Origin: Auanema rhodensis | Lineage: Eukaryota; Animalia; Nematoda | Direction of reading: 5' to 3' | Assembly (NCBI GenBank): GCA_964057225.1 | Contig: OZ059900.1 | Coordinates: 7,874,001-7,938,000 of the forward strand | DNA: 64,000 nucleotides | In this document: piece after piece, positions 13,901-28,100 of the stretch | Position numbering within the stretch: position 1 is the first letter of the stretch | Layout: every line of letters begins with the position of its first letter | Notes under the pieces: model-generated | Told to the model about the DNA's origin: nothing | The model's database searches: none | The model's input: the letters and a program-made list of their open reading frames with translations, nothing else | Program-made: the position numbers and the translations under genes

Positions 13901-15899
13901 TTTGGTCAAAAAGGACCGAAAATATCAAGAATTATTGGTTTTTTGGGGTTTGAAGGGCATTTTGGCAAAATCAGTCAAACTTTTGATCTTAAGCATATTT
14001 TTTTCTTCTAAAACGACTAAATGTATGAAATACTGTCATAGAATGTTCATATAGGTGTATTTTGCACGAATATCAAAACTGATTGAAATATGGGCCTTTT
14101 TATGCTCAAAACGCCATATATTCAACGATTTTGGGTACAAAACATGTGAAAACTGTATGTTTTGATCAGACCCTTTGAGATATGGATTTGAAATTCAGGA
14201 TTCATAAACTTTGACTATTTTTACATATATATGTTCAATTTTAACCACTTTGGTCAAAAAGGACCGAAAATATCAAGAATTATTGGTTTTTTGGGGTTTG
14301 AAGGGCATTTTGGCAAAATCAGTCAAACTTTTGATCTTAAGCATATTTTTTTCTTCTAAAACGACTAAATGTATGAAATACTGTCATAGAATGTTCATAT
14401 AGGTGTATTTTGCACGAATATCAAAACTGATTGAAATATGGGCCTTTTTATGCTCAAAACGCCATATATTCAACGATTTTGGGTACAAAACATGTGAAAA
14501 CTGTATGTTTTGATCAGACCCTTTGAGATATGGATTTGAAATTCAGGATTCATAAACTTTGACTATTTTTACATATATATGTTCAATTTTAACCACTTTG
14601 GTCAAAAAGGACCGAAAATATCAAGAATTATTGGTTTTTTGGGGTTTGAAGGGCATTTTGGCAAAATCAGTCAAACTTTTGATCTTAAGCATATTTTTTT
14701 CTTCTAAAACGACTAAATGTATGAAATACTGTCATAGAATGTTCATATAGGTGTATTTTGCACGAATATCAAAACTGATTGAAATATGGGCCTTTTTATG
14801 CTCAAAACGCCATATATTCAACGATTTTGGGTACAAAACATGTGAAAACTGTATGTTTTGATCAGACCCTTTGAGATATGGATTTGAAATTCAGGATTCA
14901 TAAACTTCGACTATTTCTACATATATATGTCCAATTTTAACCACTTTGGTCAAAAAGGACCGAAAATATCAAAAATTATTGGTTTTTTGGGGTTTGAAGG
15001 GCATTTTGGCAAAATCAGTTAAACTTTTGATCTTAAGCATATTTTTTTCTTCTAAAACGACTAAATGTATGAAATACTGTCAAAGAATGTTCATATAGGT
15101 GTATTTTGCACGAATATCAAAACTGATTGAAATATGGGCCTTTTTATGCTCAAAACGCCATATATTCAACGATTTTGGGTACAAAACATGTGAAAACTGT
15201 ATGTTTTGATCAGACCCTTTGAGATATGGATTTGAAATTCAGGATTCATAAACTTTGACTATTTTCACATATATATGTCCAATTTTAACCACTTTGGTCA
15301 AAAAGGACCGAAAATATCAAGAATTATTGGTTTTTTGGGGTTTGAAGGGCATTTTGGCAAAATCAGTCAAACTTTTGATCTTAAGCATATTTTTTTCTTC
15401 TAAAACGACTAAATGTATGAAATACTGTCATAGAATGTTCATATAGGTGTATTTTGCACAAATATCAAAACTGATTGAAATATGGGCCTTTTTATGCTCA
15501 AAACGCCATATATTCAACGATTTTGGGTACAAAACATGTGAAAACTGTATGTTTTGATCAGACCCTTTGAGATATGGATTTGAAATTCAGGATTCATAAA
15601 CTTTGACTATTTTTACATATATATGTTCAATTTTAACCACTTTGGTCAAAAAGGACCGAAAATATCAAGAATTATTGGTTTTTTGGGGTTTGAAGGGCAT
15701 TTTGGCAAAATCAGTCAAACTTTTGATCTTAAGCATATTTTTTTCTTCTAAAACGACTAAATGTATGAAATACTGTCATAGAATGTTCATATAGGTGTAT
15801 TTTGCACGAATATCAAAACTGATTGAAATATGGGCCTTTTTATGCTCAAAACGCCATATATTCAACGATTTTGGGTACAAAACATGTGAAAACTGTATG

Positions 15900-18800
15900 T
15901 TTTGATCAGACCCTTTGAGATATGGATTTGAAATTCAGGACTCATAAACTTCGACTATTTCTACATATATATGTCCAATTTTAACCACTTTGGTCAAAAA
16001 GGACCGAAAATATCAAAAATTATTGGTTTTTTGGGGTTTGAAGGGCATTTTGGCAAAATCAGTCAAACTTTTGATCTTAAGCATATTTTTTTCTTCTAAA
16101 ACGACTAAATGTATGAAATACTGTCAAAGAATGTTCATATAGGTGTATTTTGCACGAATATCAAAACTGATTGAAATATGGGCCTTTTTATGCTCAAAAC
16201 GCCATATATTCAACGATTTTGGGTACAAAACATGTGAAAACTGTATGTTTTGATCAGACCCTTTGAGATATGGATTTAAAATTCAGGATTCATAAAATTC
16301 GACTATTTTTACATATATATGTCCAATTTTAACCACTTTGGTCAAAAAGGACCGAAAATATCAAGAATTATTGGTTTTTTGGGGTTTGAAGGGCATTTTG
16401 GCAAAATCAGTCAAACTTTTGATCTTAAGCATATTTTTCTCTTCTAAAACGACTAAATGTATGAAATACTGTCATAGAATGTTCATATAGGTGTATTTTG
16501 CACGAATATCAAAACTGATTGAAATATGGGCCTTTTTATGCTCAAAACGCCATATATTCAACGATTTTGGGTACAAAACATGTGAAAACTGTATGTTTTG
16601 ATCAGACCCTTTGAGATATGGATTTGAAATTCAGGATTCATAAACTTCGACTATTTCTACATATATATGTCCAATTTTAACCACTTTGGTCAAAAAGGAC
16701 CGAAAATATCAAGAATTATTGGTTTTTTGGGGTTTGAAGGGCATTTTGGCAAAATCAGTCAAACTTTTGATCTTAAGCATATTTTTTTCTTCTAAAACGA
16801 CTAAATGTATGAAATACTGTCAAAGAATGTTCATATAGGTGTATTTTGCACGAATATCAAAACTGATTGAAATATGGGCCTTTTTATGCTCAAAACGCCA
16901 TATATTCAACGATTTTGGGTACAAAACATGTGAAAACTGTATGTTTTGATCAGACCCTTTGAGATATGGATTTAAAATTCAGGATTCATAAAATTCGACT
17001 ATTTTTACATATATATGTCCAATTTTAACCACTTTGGTCAAAAAGGACCGAAAATATCAAGAATTATTGGTTTTTTGGGGTTTGAAGGGCATTTTGGCAA
17101 AATCAGTCAAACTTTTGATCTTAAGCATATTTTTTTCTTCTAAAACGACTAAATGTATGAAATACTGTCATAGAATGTTCATATAGGTGTATTTTGCACG
17201 AATATCAAAACTGATTGAAATATGGGCCTTTTTATGCTCAAAACGCCATATATTCAACGATTTTGGGTACAAAACATGTGAAAACTGTATGTTTTGATCA
17301 GACCCTTTGAGATATGGATTTGAAATTCAGGATTCATAAACTTCGACTATTTCTACATATATATGTCCAATTTTAACCACTTTGGTCAAAAAGGACCGAA
17401 AATATCAAAAATTATTGGTTTTTTGGGGTTTGAAGGGCATTTTGGCAAAATCAGTCAAACTTTTGATCTTAAGCATATTTTTTTCTTCTAAAACGACTAA
17501 ATGTATGAAATACTGTCAAAGAATGTTCATATAGGTGTATTTTGCACGAATATCAAAACTGATTGAAATATGGGCCTTTTTATGCTCAAAACGCCATATA
17601 TTCAACGATTTTGGGTACAAAACATGTGAAAACTGTATGTTTTGATCAGACCCTTTGAGATATGGATTTAAAATTCAGGATTCATAAAATTCGCCTATTT
17701 TTACATATATATGTCCAATTTTAACCACTTTGGTCAAAAAGGACCGAAAATATCAAGAATTATTGGTTTTTTGGGGTTTGAAGGGCATTTTGGCAAAATC
17801 AGTCAAACTTTTGATCTTAAGCATATTTTTTCCTTCTAAAACGACTAAATGTTTGAAATACTGTCAAAGAATGTTCATATAGGTGTATTTTGCACGAATA
17901 TCAAAACTGATTGAAATATGGGCCTTTTTATGCTCAAAACGCCATATATTCAACGATTTTGGGTACAAAACATGTGAAAACTGTATGTTTTGATCAGACC
18001 CTTTGAGATATGGATTTAAAATTCAGGATTCATAAAATTCGACTATTTTTACATATATATGTCCAATTTTAACAACTTTGGTCAAAAAGGACCGAAAATA
18101 TCAAGAATTATTGGTTTTTTGGGGTTTGAAGGGCATTTTGGCAAAATCAGTCAAACTTTTGATCTTAAGCATATTTTTTTCTTCTAAAACGACTAAATGT
18201 TTGAAATACTGTCATAGAATGTTCATATAGGTGTATTTTGCACGAATATCAAAACTGATTGAAATATGGGCCTTTTTATGCTCAAAACGCCATACATTCA
18301 ACGATTTTGGGTACAAAACATGTGAAAACTGTATGTTTTGATCAGACCCTTTGAGATATGGATTTGAAATTCAGGATTCATAAACTTCGACTATTTCTAC
18401 ATATATATGTCCAATTTTAACCACTTTGGTCAAAAAGGACCGAAAATATCAAGAATTATTGGTTTTTTGGGGTTTGAAGGGCATTTTGGCAAAATCAGTC
18501 AAACTTTTGATCTTAAGCATATTTTTTTCTTCTTAAACGACTAAATGTATGAAATACTGTCAAAGAATGTTCATATAGGTGTATTTTGCACGAATATCAA
18601 AACTGATTGAAATATGGGCCTTTTTATGCTCAAAACGCCATATATTCAACGATTTTGGGTACAAAACATGTGAAAACTGTATGTTTTGATCAGACCCTTT
18701 GAGATATGGATTTGAAATTAGGGATTCATAAACTTCGACTATTTCTACATATATATGTCCAATTTTAACCACTTTGGTCAAAAAAGACCGAAAATATCAA

Positions 18801-21800
18801 GAATTATTGGTTTTTTGGGGTTTGAAGGGCATTTTGGCAAAATCAGTCAAACTTTTGATCTTAAGCATATTTTTTTCTTCTAAAACGACTAAATGTATGA
18901 AATACTGTCAAAGAATGTTCATATAGGTGTATTTTGCACGAATATCAAAACTGATTGAAATATGGGCCTTTTTATGCTCAAAACGCCATATATTCAACGA
19001 TTTTGGGTACAAAACATGTGAAAACTGTATGTTTTGATCAGACCCTTTGAGATATGGATTTGAAATTCAGGATTCATAAACTTTGACTATTTTTACATAT
19101 ATATGTCCAATTTCAACCACTTTGGTCAAAAAGGACCGAAAATATCAAGAATTATTGGTTTTTTGGGGTTTGAAGGGCATTTTGGCTAAATCAGTCAAAC
19201 TTTTGATCTTAAGCATATTTTTTTCTTCTAAAACGACTAAATGTATGAAATACTGTCATAGAATGTTGATATAGGTGTATTTTGCACGAATATCAAAACT
19301 GATTGAAATATGGGCCTTTTTATGCTCAAAACGCCATATATTCAACGATTTTGGGTACAAAACATGTGAAAACTGTATGTTTTGATCAGACCCTTTGAGA
19401 TATGGATTTGAAATTCAGGATCCATAAACTTTGACTATTTTTACATATATATGTCCAATTTTAACCACTTTGGTCAAAAAGGACCGAAAATATCAAGAAT
19501 TATTGGTTTTTTGGGGTTTGAAGGGCATTTTGGCAAAATCAGTCAAACTTTTGATCTTAAGCATATTTTTTTCTTCTTAAACGACTAAATGTATGAAATA
19601 CTGTCAAAGAATGTTCATATAGGTGTATTTTGCACGAATATCAAAACTGATTGAAATATGGGCCTTTTTATGCTCAAAACGCCATATATTCAACGATTTT
19701 GGGTACAAAACATGTGAAAACTGTATGTTTTGATCAGACCCTTTGAGATATGGATTTGAAATTAGGGATTCATAAACTTCGACTATTTCTACATATATAT
19801 GTCCAATTTTAACCACTTTGGTCAAAAAAGACCGAAAATATCAAGAATTATTGGTTTTTTGGGGTTTGAAGGGCATTTTGGCAAAATCAGTCAAACTTTT
19901 GATCTTAAGCATATTTTTTTCTTCTAAAACGACTAAATGTATGAAATACTGTCAAAGAATGTTCATATAGGTGTATTTTGCACGAATATCAAAACTGATT
20001 GAAATATGGGCCTTTTTATGCTCAAAACGCCATATATTCAACGATTTTGGGTACAAAACATGTGAAAACTGTATGTTTTGATCAGACCCTTTGAGATATG
20101 GATTTGAAATTCAGGATTCATAAACTTCGACTATTTCTACATATATATGTCCAATTTTAACCACTTTGGTCAAAAAGGACCGAAAATATCAAGAATTATT
20201 GGTTTTTTGGGGTTTGAAGGGCATTTTGGCAAAATCAGTCAAACTTTTGATCTTAAGCATATTTTTTTCTTCTAAAACGACTAAATGTATGAAATACTGT
20301 CAAAGAATGTTCATATAGGTGTATTTTGCACGAATATCAAAACTGATTGAAATATGGGCCTTTTTATGCTCAAAACGCCATATATTCAACGATTTTGGGT
20401 ACAAAACATGTGAAAACTGTATGTTTTGATCAGACCCTTTGAGATATGGATTTGAAATTAGGGATTCATAAACTTCGACTATTTCTACATATATATGTCC
20501 AATTTTAACCACTTTGGTCAAAAAAGACCGAAAATATCAAGAATTATTGGTTTTTTGGGGTTTGAAGGGCATTTTGGCAAAATCAGTCAAACTTTTGATC
20601 TTAAGCATATTTTTTTCTTCTAAAACGACTAAATGTATGAAATACTGTCAAAGAATGTTCATATAGGTGTATTTTGCACGAATATCAAAACTGATTGAAA
20701 TATGGGCCTTTTTATGCTCAAAACGCCATATATTCAACGATTTTGGGTACAAAACATGTGAAAACTGTATGTTTTGATCAGACCCTTTGAGATATGGATT
20801 TGAAATTCAGGATTCATAAACTTCGACTATTTCTACATATATATGTCCAATTTTAACCACTTTGGTCAAAAAGGACCGAAAATATCAAGAATTATTGGTT
20901 TTTTGGGGTTTGAAGGGCATTTTGGCAAAATCAGTCAAACTTTTGATCTTAAGCATATTTTTTTCTTCTAAAACGACTAAATGTATGAAATACTGTCAAA
21001 GAATGTTCATATAGGTGTATTTTGCACGAATATCAAAACTGATTGAAATATGGGCCTTTTTATGCTCAAAACGCCATATATTCAACGATTTTGGGTACAA
21101 AACATGTGAAAACTGTATGTTTTGATCAGACCCTTTGAGATATGGATTTAAAATTCAGGATTCATAAAATTCGACTATTTTTACATATATATGTCCAATT
21201 TTAACCACTTTGGTCAAAAAGGACCGAAAATATCAAGAATTATTGGTTTTTTGGGGTTTGAAGGGCATTTTGGCAAAATCAGTCAAACTTTTGATCTTAA
21301 GCATATTTTTTTCTTCTAAAACGACTAAATGTATGAAATACTGTCATAGAATGTTCATATAGGTGTATTTTGCACGAATATCAAAACTGATTGAAATATG
21401 GGCCTTTTTATGCTCAAAACGCCATATATTCAACGATTTTGGGTACAAAACATGTGAAAACTGTATGTTTTGATCAGACCCTTTGAGATATGGATTTGAA
21501 ATTCAGGATTCATAAACTTCGACTATTTCTACATATATATGTCCAATTTTAACCACTTTGGTCAAAAAGGACCGAAAATATCAAAAATTATTGGTTTTTT
21601 GGGGTTTGAAGGGCATTTTGGCAAAATCAGTCAAACTTTTGATCTTAAGCATATTTTTTTCTTCTAAAACGACTAAATGTATGAAATACTGTCAAAGAAT
21701 GTTCATATAGGTGTATTTTGCACGAATATCAAAACTGATTGAAATATGGGCCTTTTTATGCTCAAAACGCCATATATTCAACGATTTTGGGTACAAAACA

Positions 21801-24600
21801 TGTGAAAACTGTATGTTTTGATCAGACCCTTTGAGATATGGATTTAAAATTCAGGATTCATAAAATTCGACTATTTTTACATATATATGTCCAATTTTAA
21901 CCACTTTGGTCAAAAAGGACCGAAAATATCAAGAATTATTGGTTTTTTGGGGTTTGAAGGGCATTTTGGCAAAATCAGTCAAACTTTTGATCTTAAGCAT
22001 ATTTTTTTCTTCTAAAACGACTAAATGTATGAAATACTGTCATAGAATGTTCATATAGGTGTATTTTGCACGAATATCAAAACTGATTGAAATATGGGCC
22101 TTTTTATGCTCAAAACGCCATATATTCAACGATTTTGGGTACAAAACATGTGAAAACTGTATGTTTTGATCAGACCCTTTGAGATATGGATTTGAAATTC
22201 AGGATTCATAAACTTCGACTATTTCTACATATATATGTCCAATTTTAACCACTTTGGTCAAAAAGGACCGAAAATATCAAGAATTATTGGTTTTTTGGGG
22301 TTTGAAGGGCATTTTGGCAAAATCAGTCAAACTTTTGATCTTAAGCATATTTTTTTCTTCTAAAACGACTAAATGTATGAAATACTGTCAAAGAATGTTC
22401 ATATAGGTGTATTTTGCACGAATATCAAAACTGATTGAAATATGGGCCTTTTTATGCTCAAAACGCCATATATTCAACGATTTTGGGTACAAAACATGTG
22501 AAAACTGTATGTTTTGATCAGACCCTTTGAGATATGGATTTAAAATTCAGGATTCATAAAATTCGACTATTTTTACATATATATGTCCAATTTTAACCAC
22601 TTTGGTCAAAAAGGACCGAAAATATCAAGAATTATTGGTTTTTTGGGGTTTGAAGGGCATTTTGGCAAAATCAGTCAAACTTTTGATCTTAAGCATATTT
22701 TTTTCTTCTAAAACGACTAAATGTATGAAATACTGTCATAGAATGTTCATATAGGTGTATTTTGCACGAATATCAAAACTGATTGAAATATGGGCCTTTT
22801 TATGCTCAAAACGCCATATATTCAACGATTTTGGGTACAAAACATGTGAAAACTGTATGTTTTGATCAGACCCTTTGAGATATGGATTTGAAATTCAGGA
22901 TTCATAAACTTCGACTATTTCTACATATATATGTCCAATTTTAACCACTTTGGTCAAAAAGGACCGAAAATATCAAGAATTATTGGTTTTTTGGGGTTTG
23001 AAGGGCATTTTGGCAAAATCAGTCAAACTTTTGATCTTAAGCATATTTTTTTCTTCTTAAACGACTAAATGTATGAAATACTGTCATAGAATGTTCATAT
23101 AGGTGTATTTTGCACGAATATCAAAACTGATTGAAATATGGGCCTTTTTATGCTCAAAACGCCATATATTCAACGATTTTGGGTACAAAACATGTGAAAA
23201 CTGTATGTTTTGATCAGACCCTTTGAGATATGGATTTGAAATTAGGGATTCATAAACTTCGACTATTTCTACATATATATGTCCAATTTTAACCACTTTG
23301 GTCAAAAAAGACCGAAAATATCAAGAATTATTGGTTTTTTGGGGTTTGAAGGGCATTTTGGCAAAATCAGTCAAACTTTTGATCTTAAGCATATTTTTTT
23401 CTTCTAAAACGACTAAATGTATGAAATACTGTCAAAGAATGTTCATATAGGTGTATTTTGCACGAATATCAAAACTGATTGAAATATGGGCCTTTTTATG
23501 CTCAAAACGCCATATATTCAACGATTTTGGGTACAAAACATGTGAAAACTGTATGTTTTGATCAGACCCTTTGAGATATGGATTTGAAATTCAGGATTCA
23601 TAAACTTCGACTATTTCTACATATATATGTCCAATTTTAACCACTTTGGTCAAAAAGGACCGAAAATATCAAGAATTATTGGTTTTTTGGGGTTTGAAGG
23701 GCATTTTGGCAAAATCAGTCAAACTTTTGATCTTAAGCATATTTTTTTCTTCTAAAACGACTAAATGTATGAAATACTGTCAAAGAATGTTCATATAGGT
23801 GTATTTTGCACGAATATCAAAACTGATTGAAATATGGGCCTTTTCATGCTCAAAACGCCATATATTCAACGATTTTGGGTACAAAACATGTGAAAACTGT
23901 ATGTTTTGATCAGACCCTTTGAGATATGGATTTAAAATTCAGGATTCATAAAATTCGACTATTTTTACATATATATGTCCAATTTTAACAACTTTGGTCA
24001 AAAAGGACCGAAAATATCAAGAATTATTGGTTTTTTGGGGTTTGAAGGGCATTTTGGCAAAATCAGTCAAACTTTTGATCTTAAGCATATTTTTTTCTTC
24101 TAAAACGACTAAATGTTTGAAATACTGTCATAGAATGTTCATATAGGTGTATTTTGCACGAATATCAAAACTGATTGAAATATGGGCCTTTTTATGCTCA
24201 AAACGCCATATATTCAACGATTTTGGGTACAAAACATGTGAAAACTGTATGTTTTGATCAGACCCTTTGAGATATGGATTTGAAATTCAGGATTCATAAA
24301 CTTCGACTATTTCTACATATATATGTCCAATTTTAACCACTTTGGTCAAAAAGGACCGAAAATATCAAGAATTATTGGTTTTTTGGGGTTTGAAGGGCAT
24401 TTTGGCAAAATCAGTCAAACTTTTGATCTTAAGCATATTTTTTTCTTCTAAAACGACTAAATGTATGAAATACTGTCAAAGAATGTTCATATAGGTGTAT
24501 TTTGCACGAATATCAAAACTGATTGAAATATGGGCCTTTTTATGCTCAAAACGCCATATATTCAACGATTTTGGGTACAAAACATGTGAAAACTGTATGT
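15900..24600. repeat. Domain dominated by C/C' and A monomers, often alternating (696-bp dimer runs at ~15.9-18.0 kb and ~20.8-23.2 kb)
   Basis: TTTGAA..CTTCG..TTTCTAC monomers alternate with TTTAAA..ATTCG..TTTTTAC monomers. The near absence of the TTG allele explains the gap in + strand ORFs between 15.8 and 24.6 kb. Confidence 0.75.
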
Positions 24601-27600
24601 TTTGATCAGACCCTTTGAGATATGGATTTGGAATTCAGGATTCATAAACTTTGACTATTTTTACATATATATGTTCAATTTTAACCACTTTGGTCAAAAA
24701 GGACCGAAAATATCAAGAATTATTGGTTTTTTGGGGTTTGAAGGGCATTTTGGCAAAATCAGTCAAACTTTTGATCTTAAGCATATTTTTTTCTTCTAAA
24801 ACGACTAAATGTATGAAATACTGTCATAGAATGTTCATATAGGTGTATTTTGCACGAATATCAAAACTGATTGAAATATGGGCCTTTTTATGCTCAAAAC
24901 GCCATATATTCAACGATTTTGGGTACAAAACATGTGAAAACTGTATGTTTTGATCAGACCCTTTGAGATATGGATTTGAAATTCAGGATTCACAAACTTC
25001 GACTATTTCTACATATATATGTCCAATTTTAACCACTTTGGTCAAAAAGGACCGAAAATATCAAAAATTATTGGTTTTTTGGGGTTTGAAGGGCATTTTG
25101 GCAAAATCAGTCAAACTTTTGATCTTAAGCATATTTTTTTCTTCTAAAACGACTAAATGTATGAAATACTGTCAAAGAATGTTCATATAGGTGTATTTTG
25201 CACGAATATCAAAACTGATTGAAATATGGGCCTTTTTATGCTCAAAACGCCATATATTCAACGATTTTGGGTACAAAACATGTGAAAACTGTATGTTTTG
25301 ATCAGACCCTTTGAGATATGGATTTGAAATTCAGGATTCATAAACTTTGACTATTTTCACATATATATGTCCAATTTTAACCACTTTGGTCAAAAAGGAC
25401 CGAAAATATCAAGAATTATTGGTTTTTTGGGGTTTGAAGGGCATTTTGGCAAAATCAGTCAAACTTTTGATCTTAAGCATATTTTTTTCTTCTAAAACGA
25501 CTAAATGTATGAAATACTGTCATAGAATGTTCATATAGGTGTATTTTGCACGAATATCAAAACTGATTGAAATATGGGCCTTTTTATGCTCAAAACGCCA
25601 TATATTCAACGATTTTGGGTACAAAACATGTGAAAACTGTATGTTTTGATCAGACCCTTTGAGATATGGATTTGAAATTCAGGATTCATAAACTTCGACT
25701 ATTTCTACATATATATGTCCAATTTTAACCACTTTGGTCAAAAAGGACCGAAAATATCAAGAATTATTGGTTTTTTGGGGTTTGAAGGGCATTTTGGCAA
25801 AATCAGTCAAACTTTTGATCTTAAGCATATTTTTTTCTTCTAAAACGACTAAATGTATGAAATACTGTCAAAGAATGTTCATATAGGTGTATTTTGCACG
25901 AATATCAAAACTGATTGAAATATGGGCCTTTTTATGCTCAAAACGCCATATATTCAACGATTTTGGGTACAAAACATGTGAAAACTGTATGTTTTGATCA
26001 GACCCTTTGAGATATGGATTTAAAATTCAGGATTCATAAAATTCGACTATTTTTACATATATATGTCCAATTTTAACAACTTTGGTCAAAAAGGACCGAA
26101 AATATCAAGAATTATTGGTTTTTTGGGGTTTGAAGGGCATTTTGGCAAAATCAGTCAAACTTTTGATCTTAAGCATATTTTTTTCTTCTAAAACGACTAA
26201 ATGTTTGAAATACTGTCATAGAATGTTCATATAGGTGTATTTTGCACGAATATCAAAACTGATTGAAATATGGGCCTTTTTATGCTCAAAACGCCATACA
26301 TTCAACGATTTTGGGTACAAAACATGTGAAAACTGTATGTTTTGATCAGACCCTTTGAGATATGGATTTGAAATTCAGGATTCATAAACTTCGACTATTT
26401 CTACATATATATGTCCAATTTTAACCACTTTGGTCAAAAAGGACCGAAAATATCAAGAGTTATTGGTTTTTTGGGGTTTGAAGGGCATTTTGGCAAAATC
26501 AGTCAAACTTTTGATCTTAAGCATATTTTTTTCTTCTAAAACGACTAAATGTATGAAATACTGTCAAAGAATGTTCATATAGGTGTATTTTGCACGAATA
26601 TCAAAACTGATTGAAATATGGGCCTTTTTATGCTCAAAACGCCATATAATCAACGATTTTGGGTACAAAACATGTGAAAACTGTATGTTTTGATCAGACC
26701 CTTTGAGATATGGATTTGAAATTCAGGATTCATAAACTTTGACTATTTTTTCATATATATGTTCAATTGTAACCACTTTGGTCAAAAAGGACCGAAAATA
26801 TCAAGAATTATTGGTTTTTTGGGGTTTGAAGGGCATTTTGGCTAAATCAGTCAAACTTTTGATCTTAAGCATATTTTTTTCTTCTAAAACGACTAAATGT
26901 ATGAAATACTGTCATAGAATGTTGATATAGGTGTATTTTGCACGAATATCAAAACTGATTGAAATATGGGCCTTTTTATGCTCAAAACGCCATATATTCA
27001 ACGATTTTGGGTACAAAACATGTGAAAACTGTATGTTTTGATCAGACCCTTTGAGATATGGATTTGGAATTCAGGATTCATAAACTTTGACTATTTTTAC
27101 ATATATATGTTCAATTTTAACCACTTTGGTCAAAAAGGACCGAAAATATCAAGAATTATTGGTTTTTTGGGGTTTGAAGGGCATTTTGGCAAAATCAGTC
27201 AAACTTTTGATCTTAAGCATATTTTTTTCTTCTAAAACGACTAAATGTATGAAATACTGTCATAGATTGTTCATATAGGTGTATTTTGCACGAATATCAA
27301 AACTGATTGAAATATGGGCCTTTTTATGCTCCAAACGCCATATATTCAACGATTTTGGGTACAAAACATGTGAAAACTGTATGTTTTGATCAGACCCTTT
27401 GAGATATGGATTTGAAATTCAGGATTCATAAACTTTGACTATTATTACATATATATGTCCAATTTTAACCACTTTGGTCAAAAAGGACCGAAAATATCAA
27501 GAATTATTGGTTTTTTGGGGTTTGAAGGGCATTTTGGCTAAATCAGTCAAACTTTTGATCTTAAGCATATTTTTTTCTTCTAAAACGACTAAATGTATGA

Positions 27601-28100
27601 AATACTGTCATAGAATGTTCATATAGGTGTATTTTGCACGAATATCAAAACTGATTGAAATATGGGCCTTTTTATGCTCAAAACGCCATATATTCAACGA
27701 TTTTGGGTACAAAACATGTGAAAACTGTATGTTTTGATCAGACCCTTTGAGATATGGATTTGAAATTCAGGATTCATAAACTTCGACTATTTCTACAAAT
27801 ATATGTTCAATTTTAACCACTTTGGTCAAAAAGGACCGAAAATATCAAGAATTATTGGTTTTTTGGGGTTTGAAGGGCATTTTGGCAAAATCAGTCAAAC
27901 TTTTGATCTTAAGCATATTTTTTTCTTCTAAAACGACTAAATGTATGAAATACTGTCATAGAATGTTCATATAGGTGTATTTTGCACGAATATCAAAACT
28001 GATTAAAATATGGGCCTTTTTATGCTCAAAACGCCATATATTCAACGATTTTGGGTACAAAACATGTGAAAACTGTATGTTTTGATCAGACCCTTTGAGA

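Noticed and set aside
19418-19423. Apparently unique BamHI site (GGATCC)
   Set aside because: It is a single private T>C substitution. It is a handy marker but not biologically meaningful by itself.
18560-23305. 73-aa minus-strand ORFs
   Set aside because: They are created by the local CA>AG variant removing a minus-strand stop, have a TTG start, and show no coding evidence.
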